Of a stretch of 64,000 nt of DNA, positions 39,839-49,188 are shown piece after piece. Within the stretch, counting starts at the first letter, position 1; each line of letters starts with the position of its first letter. The stretch comes from a bacterium (GTDB lineage: Bacteria > Fidelibacterota > Fidelibacteria > Fidelibacterales > Fidelibacteraceae), in NCBI GenBank assembly GCA_963676395.1, contig OY781066.1, positions 1,152,001 to 1,216,000 of the forward strand. Reading direction: 5' to 3'. The position numbers were made by a program, and so were the translations under genes. Under the pieces are notes generated by a model. The model did not search any database, was not told where the DNA came from, and saw nothing but the letters and a program-made list of their open reading frames with translations.

Positions 39839-40951
39839 TTACATCAAACGAATAGGCATCAACAGAAATAAAATATCTTCATCGGGAAGTTGTTCGGTTG
39901 GGAAGAAGAGTCCTGCCATTAATGAATTCTTTAAAAGTATTTCTACTTTTTCTCCATCAATATGACGGATCATTTCGCGTAGGTAGTCAGAATTATATCC
40001 AATCATGAATTCTTCACCACTGTATTCGACTGCCATTTCTTCTTTAGCTGTTGAAGATGTTTCAATATCTTCAGCTTTAACCAATGTTTTATTATCCATA
40101 AAAGTAAAAGATATCTGACGAGTATTCTTGCTTGCAAAAATACCAACACGCTTTACAACGGATAACAGTTCGTCAATATCAACAATCACTTTTTTATCAT
40201 TTTCTGCAGGTATTACAGATTCATAATCAGGGAAACGTTCTTCAATAATTCTAGAATAGATCGTTGTATCTTTTAATTCAAGCATAACATGATTATGACC
40301 AATTCTAAGAGTTACAAATTCAACATCTTTAATACTGCCAACACAAAGATTTAAAAATTTTGGAGGGACAATAATATCTTTTATATCACCGGCTCCCTGG
40401 AATTCTTTTAATGTATATCTTACCATTCTATGGCCATCAGTTGAAACAGCACGTAATTCATTATCATTAAATTGAAATAAAACACCATTCAAGGCAACTT
40501 TCATTTCATCACGAGAAACAGAAAAACCTGTTTTTTCAACTATACGTTTAAACTTATCAGCTTGAAGTGTTACGATCTTAGAATCATCAACAATTGGTTC
40601 GGTAGGAAATTCCATTGCCGGATAACCCATGATTTTATATTCACCACCCAATGCTGTTGTAATGATCACTTGTTCATCTTCAATATGAAAATTTAGATCT
40701 GTGTTTGGAAGTTCACTTGTGATTTCTTTAATCATTCTACTTGGAATAGCAACAGCGCCTTCTTCTTCCATTGTGATCTCACAAGAAGCACTCATTGTGA
40801 TTTCAAGATCAGTTGAACGCATTTTTAAAACATCATCTTTTACCGTAAAAAGAATACAACTTAAGATCGGTAAAGTTGATCTTACAGGTGTAACACTTGA
40901 TACCTTTTGTAAAACATGGAAAAAATTATCTTTTGAAACTGTGAACTTCAT
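39839..40951 (-). CDS. dnaN: DNA polymerase III beta sliding clamp
   Basis: TLPILS, STDLEI, STDGHRM, FPDYESVIP, GYNSDYL, LLMPIR. Confidence 0.97.
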   Translation of the reverse strand: MKFTVSKDNFFHVLQKVSSVTPVRSTLPILSCILFTVKDDVLKMRSTDLEITMSASCEITMEEEGAVAIPSRMIKEITSELPNTDLNFHIEDEQVIITTALGGEYKIMGYPAMEFPTEPIVDDSKIVTLQADKFKRIVEKTGFSVSRDEMKVALNGVLFQFNDNELRAVSTDGHRMVRYTLKEFQGAGDIKDIIVPPKFLNLCVGSIKDVEFVTLRIGHNHVMLELKDTTIYSRIIEERFPDYESVIPAENDKKVIVDIDELLSVVKRVGIFASKNTRQISFTFMDNKTLVKAEDIETSSTAKEEMAVEYSGEEFMIGYNSDYLREMIRHIDGEKVEILLKNSLMAGLFFPTEQLPDEDILFLLMPIRLM

Positions 40952-41186
40952 TTATCACCTCTAACATTTAAAGCAGTAACGATTATTAATCTAATATATT
41001 TTTCTATAAAATACATAGTAATTTTATTAATACTGTGGATTTCGTGAATAAGTAAAAAATACCCTTAATTATAAGGGTATTATGAGAATTTTGTAGTGTG
41101 GATAAATATCTAAAGTCTGTGAATGTTTTGAATAAGTTTCCATATGTGTATGATGCGAGTAATAACTTATTCATTTTATCCCGATT
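40952..41186. promoter_or_regulatory. Probable chromosomal replication origin (oriC): DnaA boxes, DnaA-trio-like tract and AT-rich DUE
   Basis: Perfect TGTGGATAA at 41097-41105; tandem boxes TGTGGATTT/CGTGAATAA at 41034-41051 abutting TAG TAA TTT TAT TAA TAC (41016-41033); further near-boxes at 41118, 41127, 41145, 41167, 41176; immediately upstream of dnaN. Confidence 0.75.
41054..41081 (-). terminator. Perfect inverted repeat, probable terminator of the mfd-PPIase operon inside oriC
   Basis: AATACCCTTA-ATTA-TAAGGGTATT with a T-run on the minus strand. Confidence 0.6.
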
Positions 41187-42473
41187 TTACATTTTGATTT
41201 CCACATAGAATTTTCCATATAATGTTTCCATCCATTCATTCCAAAAATTTGATTGTTTTTCTTTTAAAGCCATGTTTTCAATAACAGGATAATGTGTTTT
41301 TAATGATATTTTTTCAGCGGGTAAAAATTTGTTTAAACGTAGTATATGAAAGCCATAAGGGGAAATAAATGGATCTGAAATTTCACCTTCTTTTAGGTTT
41401 TTTGCCACCACTCCAAACTCTGGGATTTGAAGCGTTTCAATAGCAAATTCACCTAAGTGACCACCATTAATTTCAATATCGGGATCTTCACTATATTTTC
41501 TTGCAAAGCGTTCAAAATCACCAGTTTCTATGATTGAATCCTTTAGTGTTGATAACATGTTAATAACATATTGATTATCATCATCTGAGGTTTGAATTGA
41601 AAATAAAATGTGACGTGTATGGATTAATTCACCACGTTTTTCTATAGATTGAATCAAGTGATAACCAAATTGTGTTTCAATCGGTTCAGATATTTCTCCT
41701 GGTTCTAATGCAAAGGCAGCTTTTTCAAATTCACTTACAAAAGTTCCTTTTGGAACAAAACCCAAGTCACCACCTTCTTCGGCAGAACCGGGATCTTGTG
41801 AGTATTGAAATGCTGCGTCTTCAAAGCTTATTGTGCCATCTAAGATATCTTTTTTAATTCCATTGATTAGATCAAGGGTTTTTTGTTTTGAAGCGGGAGA
41901 AGGCTTTTCAGTGATTAATATATGGTCAATATCTATTCTATCGGGAAGGTCCGGTAAAGAATCTTTTTTACTTTTAAAAAAATCAATGACTTCGGGTCGA
42001 GATATTTTGATTTTTGAAAATTTTTCCTGTTGTAACTGTTGAGAGATCATTGAACCTTTAACTCTTTCGTATAACATTTCTTTGATCTTCTTCATAGGAG
42101 TATTAAAGTACATCTCAAGCACTTCTTCGGAACCGGCCATACTTACATATTGTTCAACTTGTTGTTGAACTGTCATTTCAACATTTCTTTCATTAATTTC
42201 GATTGAATCAGCTTCTGCTTGCAGAATAAGGATCTTGGAATTAATCATTTCTTTTAAAGCCCGTTCTTGTAGTAAGGCAAAAGCTTGTTGGTCCTTGTAA
42301 ATATCAATATTACTTTGTTGTGCCATCTCGAAAGCGAATTGATTCATTTCAGAAAAAAGTATGATATCTTCTCCAACGATAGCAGCTATTCCATCAACCA
42401 ATTGTTGAGCCGGCAAAATTAGAGAGCCTAAAAGAAGAAAACTACTTATCAGTATTTTTGATAATTTTGACAT
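41187..42473 (-). CDS. surA: SurA-like periplasmic chaperone with two parvulin domains
   Basis: Signal peptide, VDGIAAIVG, two rotamase domains (YSQDPGS..GGDLGF..ETQFGYHLI; YSEDP..GGHLG..SPYGFHIL). Confidence 0.85.
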   Translation of the reverse strand: MSKLSKILISSFLLLGSLILPAQQLVDGIAAIVGEDIILFSEMNQFAFEMAQQSNIDIYKDQQAFALLQERALKEMINSKILILQAEADSIEINERNVEMTVQQQVEQYVSMAGSEEVLEMYFNTPMKKIKEMLYERVKGSMISQQLQQEKFSKIKISRPEVIDFFKSKKDSLPDLPDRIDIDHILITEKPSPASKQKTLDLINGIKKDILDGTISFEDAAFQYSQDPGSAEEGGDLGFVPKGTFVSEFEKAAFALEPGEISEPIETQFGYHLIQSIEKRGELIHTRHILFSIQTSDDDNQYVINMLSTLKDSIIETGDFERFARKYSEDPDIEINGGHLGEFAIETLQIPEFGVVAKNLKEGEISDPFISPYGFHILRLNKFLPAEKISLKTHYPVIENMALKEKQSNFWNEWMETLYGKFYVEIKM

Positions 42474-43221
42474 TATATTGATCCTTAAGTTCATTTTGTT
42501 TTTTATCAATAGCGCTTATATAAGCTTGTGTGCGCAGCCTTTGTATGATATCTATTCTAACATGTTCCATCGCTAGAGCAGAATCTTTTGAGTATTTTTC
42601 AATAATAACTATTACATAATATTCACCCGCATGTTTGATGGGGCCAATATATTTTTTAGATTTTGAAGAGAAAATATAATCATTTATTTCATCAATAAAT
42701 TCACCTTTATAACAAAGTTTAAATTCTGAAGGGATGTTTGGTTGTATGCTGTTTTTCAGGTTTTCCAAAAGGTCAACTGCATTTTCTTTATCTGTTAATG
42801 TGTATAATTGAATATAGGCAGCTTCTTTATATGCTTTAAATTGACTTTCATTATTTTTGTAGTATTCTCTAACATCGCCCTCTGTAATTGATATTTTATC
42901 TAATAAATATTTTTTTTGATATTCTTTTATCAAAAGCGAATTTTCATATTCTTTTACAAGTTCTTTAATTTTATCATTTTTATGTATATATCGTTGAGCC
43001 TCTTTTAACCATAGTTTATTTTCAACCCACATTTCGATGTAATCTTGCTTTAGTTGAGTCTCTGGAGTATCACCAAGGTCTTTTTGAATATCCGATAGCC
43101 TTAATAATTGTTCATCAACTTGAGCAATGACAGGATCGTTTTTATGCTTTCCAAGGTTGCAAGAAAACAATAAGAGTATCACGCCGACTGCTAAAAATGA
43201 TATTTTTAAGTTATTTGTCAT
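42442..43221 (-). CDS. Degenerate PPIase/SurA-like lipoprotein
   Basis: Lipobox LFSC, VIAQVD, ITEGDVREYY, GPIK..YYVI; sits between two PPIase genes. Confidence 0.65.
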   Translation of the reverse strand: MTNNLKISFLAVGVILLLFSCNLGKHKNDPVIAQVDEQLLRLSDIQKDLGDTPETQLKQDYIEMWVENKLWLKEAQRYIHKNDKIKELVKEYENSLLIKEYQKKYLLDKISITEGDVREYYKNNESQFKAYKEAAYIQLYTLTDKENAVDLLENLKNSIQPNIPSEFKLCYKGEFIDEINDYIFSSKSKKYIGPIKHAGEYYVIVIIEKYSKDSALAMEHVRIDIIQRLRTQAYISAIDKKQNELKDQYNVKIIKNTDK

Positions 43222-44905
43222 TGTTTATAAACTTCTTATTAATTGATAATTTATACAAATTTCTTAACATATCCATTTGTTCATCACGAACTGTATCTAA
43301 ATGATGTTTTCTATAATCACTTAACAGTCTGTATTGAATATTTTCAATTGGTTTAAATGATTCGGGAATATATTCTAATCTTTGAATAACAGAAAAATAC
43401 TTACCAATTTTGTAAGGACCAGCTACTTCACCATCTAACATATTAAATGCGGCTAAACTCATTTCTCCATATTGATTTTTTTTAAATGCCGGAATTATCC
43501 CTTTATTTTTTTTACCAATATTTCTTTTTGAATATTTTTCTGCAAGAATGGAGATATCTTCACCTTTTAAAACTTGTTTATAAATATTAACAGCTTGTAA
43601 TGAATCTTCCAACAAGACCTCTTTAACTTTGACTCGTGGTTCTAAATAATATAATTGTGATTTTTCACTTTCATAAAAAGCATTTAGAGTTTCTTTATCC
43701 GGATTAATGGATTCATAAACATAGAGCTTATCAAAAAGATTTGATGATTTTTTAGCAAGATATACATTTTTTGTTTTTATGTATTCGTCAGATTGATCCA
43801 ACTTAATATTTAAGGCAGTATCATAAAATATGATTCCCATTCGGCTTGTACCGATAAAACTGTTAAAAGATGCTATATCGGTAAATCTAGGTGGTTGATT
43901 TAAGCTGATCATTTTTAAAAAATCAACAATCATTTTTTTATTAATATCAACATTTCCAATCATACCCAATGATAATGAATCGTCAAAAACTTCCATTATA
44001 TCGAAAGTATTGAATTGTTTCGAGTAAAATACATTTTGTGATAAACGATTATAACGTTCAAGAAAATCAGCAAGTTTGTCTTCGTTTATGTTAATGGTAT
44101 ATATATTATTTAATGAATCCATGACAATTTTTTCTTGTTCAATAAATTTTGGACGCCAAGAATCCATTGCAATTTCTTCAATTTCAATTTTTGCTTTTTC
44201 AAATGGCTCAACAATATTTCTTTTTCTTTCATTAATTTTAATGATATGAAACCCATACATGGTTTCAATAGGTTCTGAAACTTCTCCGGGTTCAAGTGAG
44301 TAAGCAATATCTTCAAAATCACCAATCCACTTCCCAACACCGGCCCAACCAAGATTACCCTGGTTATTTATAACACTACTATCATCTGAATACTCTAAAG
44401 CGAGTTCTGAAAAGTTTTTATCTGTGATTTTATTGTAGATATCGTAGGCGAGTGCTTGGGCTTCTGATTTACTTCTTGAGTTTAATTTTTTGTCATTATC
44501 AAAACCAATAAGAATATGAGAAATATTAAGATCATATTTCATTTTCTCATAATAAGCTCTAATTGCTTTTTCGTTTAAAACCGTATTAATGATAAGTTTT
44601 TGAAAAGCACCGTTTGCCAATTCTCTGATTTCCCAAACACGAATTTCCCAAGCTACATCACCTTTATCCAAATCCCCTATATCTTCCAAGTATTCTTTCA
44701 TAAGGTAATCATCACAAACTCTGTTTACCTGAGCTATCTTTTCTTCTTTACTTAGTGATTCAAATTGTGCTTGAGGTATATATTTAAAAAGTTCATCAAA
44801 TGAAATATTTTTACCGTTAATTTTAGCAATATTATTGTCGTTTACAACCGAACATGATGTTAAAAGAATGAACATAACGACGAGTAGAATACTTAGTTTT
44901 TTCAT
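43211..44905 (-). CDS. Parvulin-type PPIase lipoprotein with two rotamase domains
   Basis: Lipobox LTSC; SHILI, LALEYSDD, GNLGW, ETMYGFHII; second domain LAEKYS. Confidence 0.82.
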   Translation of the reverse strand: MKKLSILLVVMFILLTSCSVVNDNNIAKINGKNISFDELFKYIPQAQFESLSKEEKIAQVNRVCDDYLMKEYLEDIGDLDKGDVAWEIRVWEIRELANGAFQKLIINTVLNEKAIRAYYEKMKYDLNISHILIGFDNDKKLNSRSKSEAQALAYDIYNKITDKNFSELALEYSDDSSVINNQGNLGWAGVGKWIGDFEDIAYSLEPGEVSEPIETMYGFHIIKINERKRNIVEPFEKAKIEIEEIAMDSWRPKFIEQEKIVMDSLNNIYTININEDKLADFLERYNRLSQNVFYSKQFNTFDIMEVFDDSLSLGMIGNVDINKKMIVDFLKMISLNQPPRFTDIASFNSFIGTSRMGIIFYDTALNIKLDQSDEYIKTKNVYLAKKSSNLFDKLYVYESINPDKETLNAFYESEKSQLYYLEPRVKVKEVLLEDSLQAVNIYKQVLKGEDISILAEKYSKRNIGKKNKGIIPAFKKNQYGEMSLAAFNMLDGEVAGPYKIGKYFSVIQRLEYIPESFKPIENIQYRLLSDYRKHHLDTVRDEQMDMLRNLYKLSINKKFINNDK

Positions 44906-44986
44906 AGAGTCTCCATTTTTTCATGAAAATTTAATACAGAGCCAAACAAAATAAAATGTTTATTTATTAAGGTGAAGCATAAAGAA

Positions 44987-47900
44987 TTAAAAAACATCTT
45001 TATTAAATTGAGTTAGGAAATCCAAACTTGTTTTAGCGCTAAGGTGTTTCCCGGAAATAAATTCAAGTTGAAAATGCCTCTCTTTCATTTGTTGTAAAAA
45101 TCTTCCTGCAGATTTTTGCAATTGAGAGTTAGGAAGATTTTTCCTAAATGAGATGTGAAGTTTATTTTCTTTTTTTATTAGTGATTCAATGTCAAAGGTT
45201 CTTAGCCAAAGAGAAAGTTTTGTCTCGTTAAAAAGATTCTCGGCTTCACGGGGTAAGGTTCCAAAACGATCTTTACAGGACCATTTAATATGCCTTAATT
45301 CTAACATTGATTTGTCAAATGGTTTGGGTGAAGATAGTATATCTGATATCTTTCTATAGAATGATATACGAATATCTTTACTGTTGATATAATCTTCCGG
45401 TAGGTAGGATGCCTGATCAAGGTTTATATCACAAATAGCTTGTTCGACTTTTATGTCTTCATTTTTGATCTTACTTACTTCTTCAGTGAACATTCTATTA
45501 AAATATGAATACCCAACACGATTAATATGTCCGCTTTGTTCAACTCCAAATAATGAACCCGCACCTCTAATTTCAAGATCTCTCATTGCTATTTGATATC
45601 CCGAACCAAGTTCTGTGTAATATTCCAGGGTTTGTAATCTTTTCATTGCTGTGGGATTTATATGCTTTCCACGAGGAATAACAAGATATGCGAATGCTTT
45701 TTTATATGATCGTCCAACGCGACCGCGAATTTGATACAATTGTGAAAGACCAAAATTTTGTGCATTCATCACTATCAACGTATTGGCATTGGGTATATCT
45801 ATTCCGGATTCGATAATTGTTGTAGATATCAAAATATCAAAATTATGATGATAAAAATCCAATAAAGTAGATTCTAATTCTGCTCCGGGCATTTTCCCGT
45901 GAGCTATTCGAGCCTTATGGTCTGGAAACATATCCTCGACTTTAGCTTTTAATGCATCTTGTTCTTCAATGACATTATGAAGTATAAACACCTGACCGTT
46001 TCGATCAAGTTCTCTTTTTATTGCATCCTGGATATCAAGATCATTCCAATACATGATCTTAGTTGAAATAGGCAATCTTTCTTTTGGTGGTGTATCTATT
46101 TTAGAAATATCTCGCAGACCAACCATTGATAATTGAAGAGTGCGTGGAATAGGTGTAGCTGTGAGAGTTAATACATCCACGTGTCTTTTTATGTTTTGAA
46201 TTTTTTCTTTATGGTTTACCCCAAAACGATGTTCTTCATCGATAATCAATAGGCCCAAATCGTTGAATTGTAAATGTTTTGATAAAAGTTTGTGTGTTCC
46301 AACTAAAACATCAATTTTTCCGGACTTTACACCTTCAAGTCTTTCTTTGAGTTGTTTTGCTGAAACAAAGCGGTTAACATAAGAAACTATTATTCCAAAG
46401 TTGTTCAATCTTTCATTGAAACTCTCATAATGCTGAAAACAAAGCATAGTTGTTGGGACTAATACTGCGACTTGTTTACCGGAATATACCGCTTTAAAAG
46501 CAGCACGAATTGCCACCTCGGTTTTACCGAAACCAACATCACCACAGACCAATCTATCCATAATAGTGCTTTTTTCCATATCTTGACTAATATCTGAAAT
46601 TACTTTTAATTGGTCGGGTGTCTCATCATATGGAAAACTAGCTTCAAGCTGTAGCGTGTCGGGTGTGTCTTTTTCAAATGAGAAACCCGACAAATTTTTT
46701 CTATCTTGATATAAACTTAAAAGATCAAAAGCTGCTTTTTTTAAGTAATTCCTTGTTGAGATTTTTGCTTGTTCCCAGCGTTTACTGCCTATTTGATCCA
46801 GTATGGCTTTAGATTGTTTATCAGAGCTATACTTAAAGATCTTATTCATATATCGGATAGGGACAAAAACGCGATCTTTATTTTTATACTCAATGATCAT
46901 CGATTCTTGCTTGATACCCTTGAACTCTAGAATTTCAATACCCCGATATATTCCTATTCCATAATCAACGTGAACAATCGTATCGCCATATTCAAGGGAT
47001 TCAATATTTTCTACTTTTCCTGTTTGATCAGGGATAAACTTTTTATTGGGATTTGAGTAATGTTCTTTTCTATAGTTTTGTTGACCCGAGATAACGATTA
47101 AATCAAGATCTTTATATTGAAAACCACAATGAATATTATTGGGGATGTAATTGGCGTTATTTCCAAGTTTTTCTTTAAACGATTCAAGCACAATACTATG
47201 CTCGGAAAATACCGCAATATTGTTATAGTTGTTTAATACACTTTCATAGTATTTTTTGCTGTTTTTCTTACTTGGAACCTCAGTATCTGAAATTTGAAAA
47301 CGAACATCAGATTCGGGGTCGGCCGTTTTAAAAAGAACTTGTTTAAAGGAAAGAGAAGGATCGTAACTAATCCCTGTATCTTTTTCGTTATCGATCTTAA
47401 TAATAACACAGGAGTCTGGAAGAATATCAGCAATTTTAGAGTGAGAATAACTCGAAAAAGATGCCGGTCGCACCTGTGCATGCTTTAGTTGTTCAAATGT
47501 GTTTTGATCAGAGGGATTGAATTTTCTAATTGAATCAATTGTATCACCAAAGAATTCAATTCTATATGGATAAGTTTCACCATATGGATAGATATCTACA
47601 ATACCGCCACGTAAGGCGAATTCCCCACAGTATTCAACCATCCCAGATCTCTGATATCCCATAGAATTAAGTTTTTCAGGTAATTCTGAGAAGGGAATAT
47701 CTTCACCTAATTTAAAATGTAATATATGTTCCCTTAACGATTTTTTATCAGGAACACGATATGAGAATATTTCTTTAGATGATATCGCAAGATCCAAATT
47801 GTTTTTATAGTGGTCATCTAAAAAACGCGATATATGATTCTCTAGAGCGGTGTTTTCATATATTCCGGAGCTTGATGAAAATAACGGTATCCAGGAAATA

Positions 47901-48172
47901 TTGTCTGAAGAAAAGAAAGCCAATGCATCAGAGAAGAATATTTCAGCTTCGCGCTCATTTGAGAATAAAACCAATGGAAAGAACCCCTTCTTTCTTAAAA
48001 GACTTATCCATATAAGAATGAATGGGTAATTGGTGGTATTTAAAACCAGTGAGCTTCTATGCTTTAATAATGAAAATGATGAGTGGATGTTCTCATCTTT
48101 TTTAAATAAATCAAGTAGTTTGTTTAGTTTGGATGTTTCACGTGAAACTATATTTTTCTTGTTGTCATTCAT
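44987..48172 (-). CDS. mfd: Transcription-repair coupling factor
   Basis: GEFALRGGIVDIYP, VHVDYGIG, CGDVGFGKTEVA, DEEHRFG, TATPIPRTL, QIRGRVGR, RDLEIRGAG. Confidence 0.96.
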   Translation of the reverse strand: MNDNKKNIVSRETSKLNKLLDLFKKDENIHSSFSLLKHRSSLVLNTTNYPFILIWISLLRKKGFFPLVLFSNEREAEIFFSDALAFFSSDNISWIPLFSSSSGIYENTALENHISRFLDDHYKNNLDLAISSKEIFSYRVPDKKSLREHILHFKLGEDIPFSELPEKLNSMGYQRSGMVEYCGEFALRGGIVDIYPYGETYPYRIEFFGDTIDSIRKFNPSDQNTFEQLKHAQVRPASFSSYSHSKIADILPDSCVIIKIDNEKDTGISYDPSLSFKQVLFKTADPESDVRFQISDTEVPSKKNSKKYYESVLNNYNNIAVFSEHSIVLESFKEKLGNNANYIPNNIHCGFQYKDLDLIVISGQQNYRKEHYSNPNKKFIPDQTGKVENIESLEYGDTIVHVDYGIGIYRGIEILEFKGIKQESMIIEYKNKDRVFVPIRYMNKIFKYSSDKQSKAILDQIGSKRWEQAKISTRNYLKKAAFDLLSLYQDRKNLSGFSFEKDTPDTLQLEASFPYDETPDQLKVISDISQDMEKSTIMDRLVCGDVGFGKTEVAIRAAFKAVYSGKQVAVLVPTTMLCFQHYESFNERLNNFGIIVSYVNRFVSAKQLKERLEGVKSGKIDVLVGTHKLLSKHLQFNDLGLLIIDEEHRFGVNHKEKIQNIKRHVDVLTLTATPIPRTLQLSMVGLRDISKIDTPPKERLPISTKIMYWNDLDIQDAIKRELDRNGQVFILHNVIEEQDALKAKVEDMFPDHKARIAHGKMPGAELESTLLDFYHHNFDILISTTIIESGIDIPNANTLIVMNAQNFGLSQLYQIRGRVGRSYKKAFAYLVIPRGKHINPTAMKRLQTLEYYTELGSGYQIAMRDLEIRGAGSLFGVEQSGHINRVGYSYFNRMFTEEVSKIKNEDIKVEQAICDINLDQASYLPEDYINSKDIRISFYRKISDILSSPKPFDKSMLELRHIKWSCKDRFGTLPREAENLFNETKLSLWLRTFDIESLIKKENKLHISFRKNLPNSQLQKSAGRFLQQMKERHFQLEFISGKHLSAKTSLDFLTQFNKDVF
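48134..48149. promoter_or_regulatory. parS centromere site 1 (within the 5' end of mfd)
   Basis: TGTTTCACGTGAAACT, 15/16 match to the consensus TGTTTCACGTGAAACA. Confidence 0.88.
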
Positions 48173-48320
48173 GCGGGATTATACGACAATGTTAAATAAA
48201 ATGAAACACCTATGTGTTGTGATTCATCGTGTTGAATGGTTGATCTTAAAATAAACACAACGTGATTTTATTGTTTATACCAATTTTAGATTAAAACATT
48301 TTTTATTGTAATAGCAATGT

Positions 48321-48336
48321 GGTTTCACGTGAAACA
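48321..48336. promoter_or_regulatory. parS centromere site 2 (mfd-dapF intergenic)
   Basis: GGTTTCACGTGAAACA, 15/16 match to the consensus. Confidence 0.88.
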
Positions 48337-48399
48337 TAATTGCCGTTGTAATTAGGCTGGGAATAGTTTATTATTTCCATTATAAATAATGGAGAACTA

Positions 48400-49188
48400 A
48401 TGATGCGTATTTCATTTTCAAAATATCAGGGCGCTGGTAATGATTTTGTGTTAGTTGAAGATCGTGAATGTGTGTTTCCTGATGATGACAATGATCTAAT
48501 ATCGAAAATATGTGATCGGCGTTTTGGTGTGGGTGCCGATGGTTTGATATTGTTAAGACCATCAGAAGCCAATGACTTTAAAATGGTATATTTTAACTCT
48601 GATGGGCGTGAGGGGACAATGTGCGGAAATGGAGGGCGATGTCTTGTTGCTTTTGCCCGCGATTGTTTTTGGATAGACCCTGAAAAGGAAATTGTATTTG
48701 ATGCGATCGACGGCTTGCATTATGCAAAAATCCTTACAAACACTCAAGTCTCATTAAAAATGATAGATGTTGATAAAGTTGTGGAAAAGCTGGGTGGATA
48801 TCATGTCGAAACCGGGTCTAGACATCATGTACAGTTCATTTCAGGGATAGAGTCTTATCCTGTGGATAGTGAGGGGTTGATCATTAGAAACCATGAAATA
48901 TATGCCCCTGAGGGTTGTAATGTAAATTTTATTGAGGATCTGGGAGCGGGTGTTCTTGCAATCAGGACATATGAAAGAGGTGTCGAAGCTGAAACTCTTG
49001 CTTGTGGGACGGGATCCGTAGCTGCTGCGATAGCGCATCATTATAAGGGGAATGTTTTCCCCGGGTATGTTGTTAGGGCACTTGGGGGTGAATTGAAGGT
49101 GAGATTTAACAATTCTGACGGAAGGTATCGGGAAGTTGTTCTTGAGGGTCCCGCAGAATTTGTTTTTAAGGGAGAAATTATAGCATGA
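48400..49188 (+). CDS. dapF: Diaminopimelate epimerase
   Basis: KYQGAGNDF, GVGADG, NSDG..MCGNG, RTYERGVEAETLACGTG. Confidence 0.96.
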   Translation: MMRISFSKYQGAGNDFVLVEDRECVFPDDDNDLISKICDRRFGVGADGLILLRPSEANDFKMVYFNSDGREGTMCGNGGRCLVAFARDCFWIDPEKEIVFDAIDGLHYAKILTNTQVSLKMIDVDKVVEKLGGYHVETGSRHHVQFISGIESYPVDSEGLIIRNHEIYAPEGCNVNFIEDLGAGVLAIRTYERGVEAETLACGTGSVAAAIAHHYKGNVFPGYVVRALGGELKVRFNNSDGRYREVVLEGPAEFVFKGEIIA

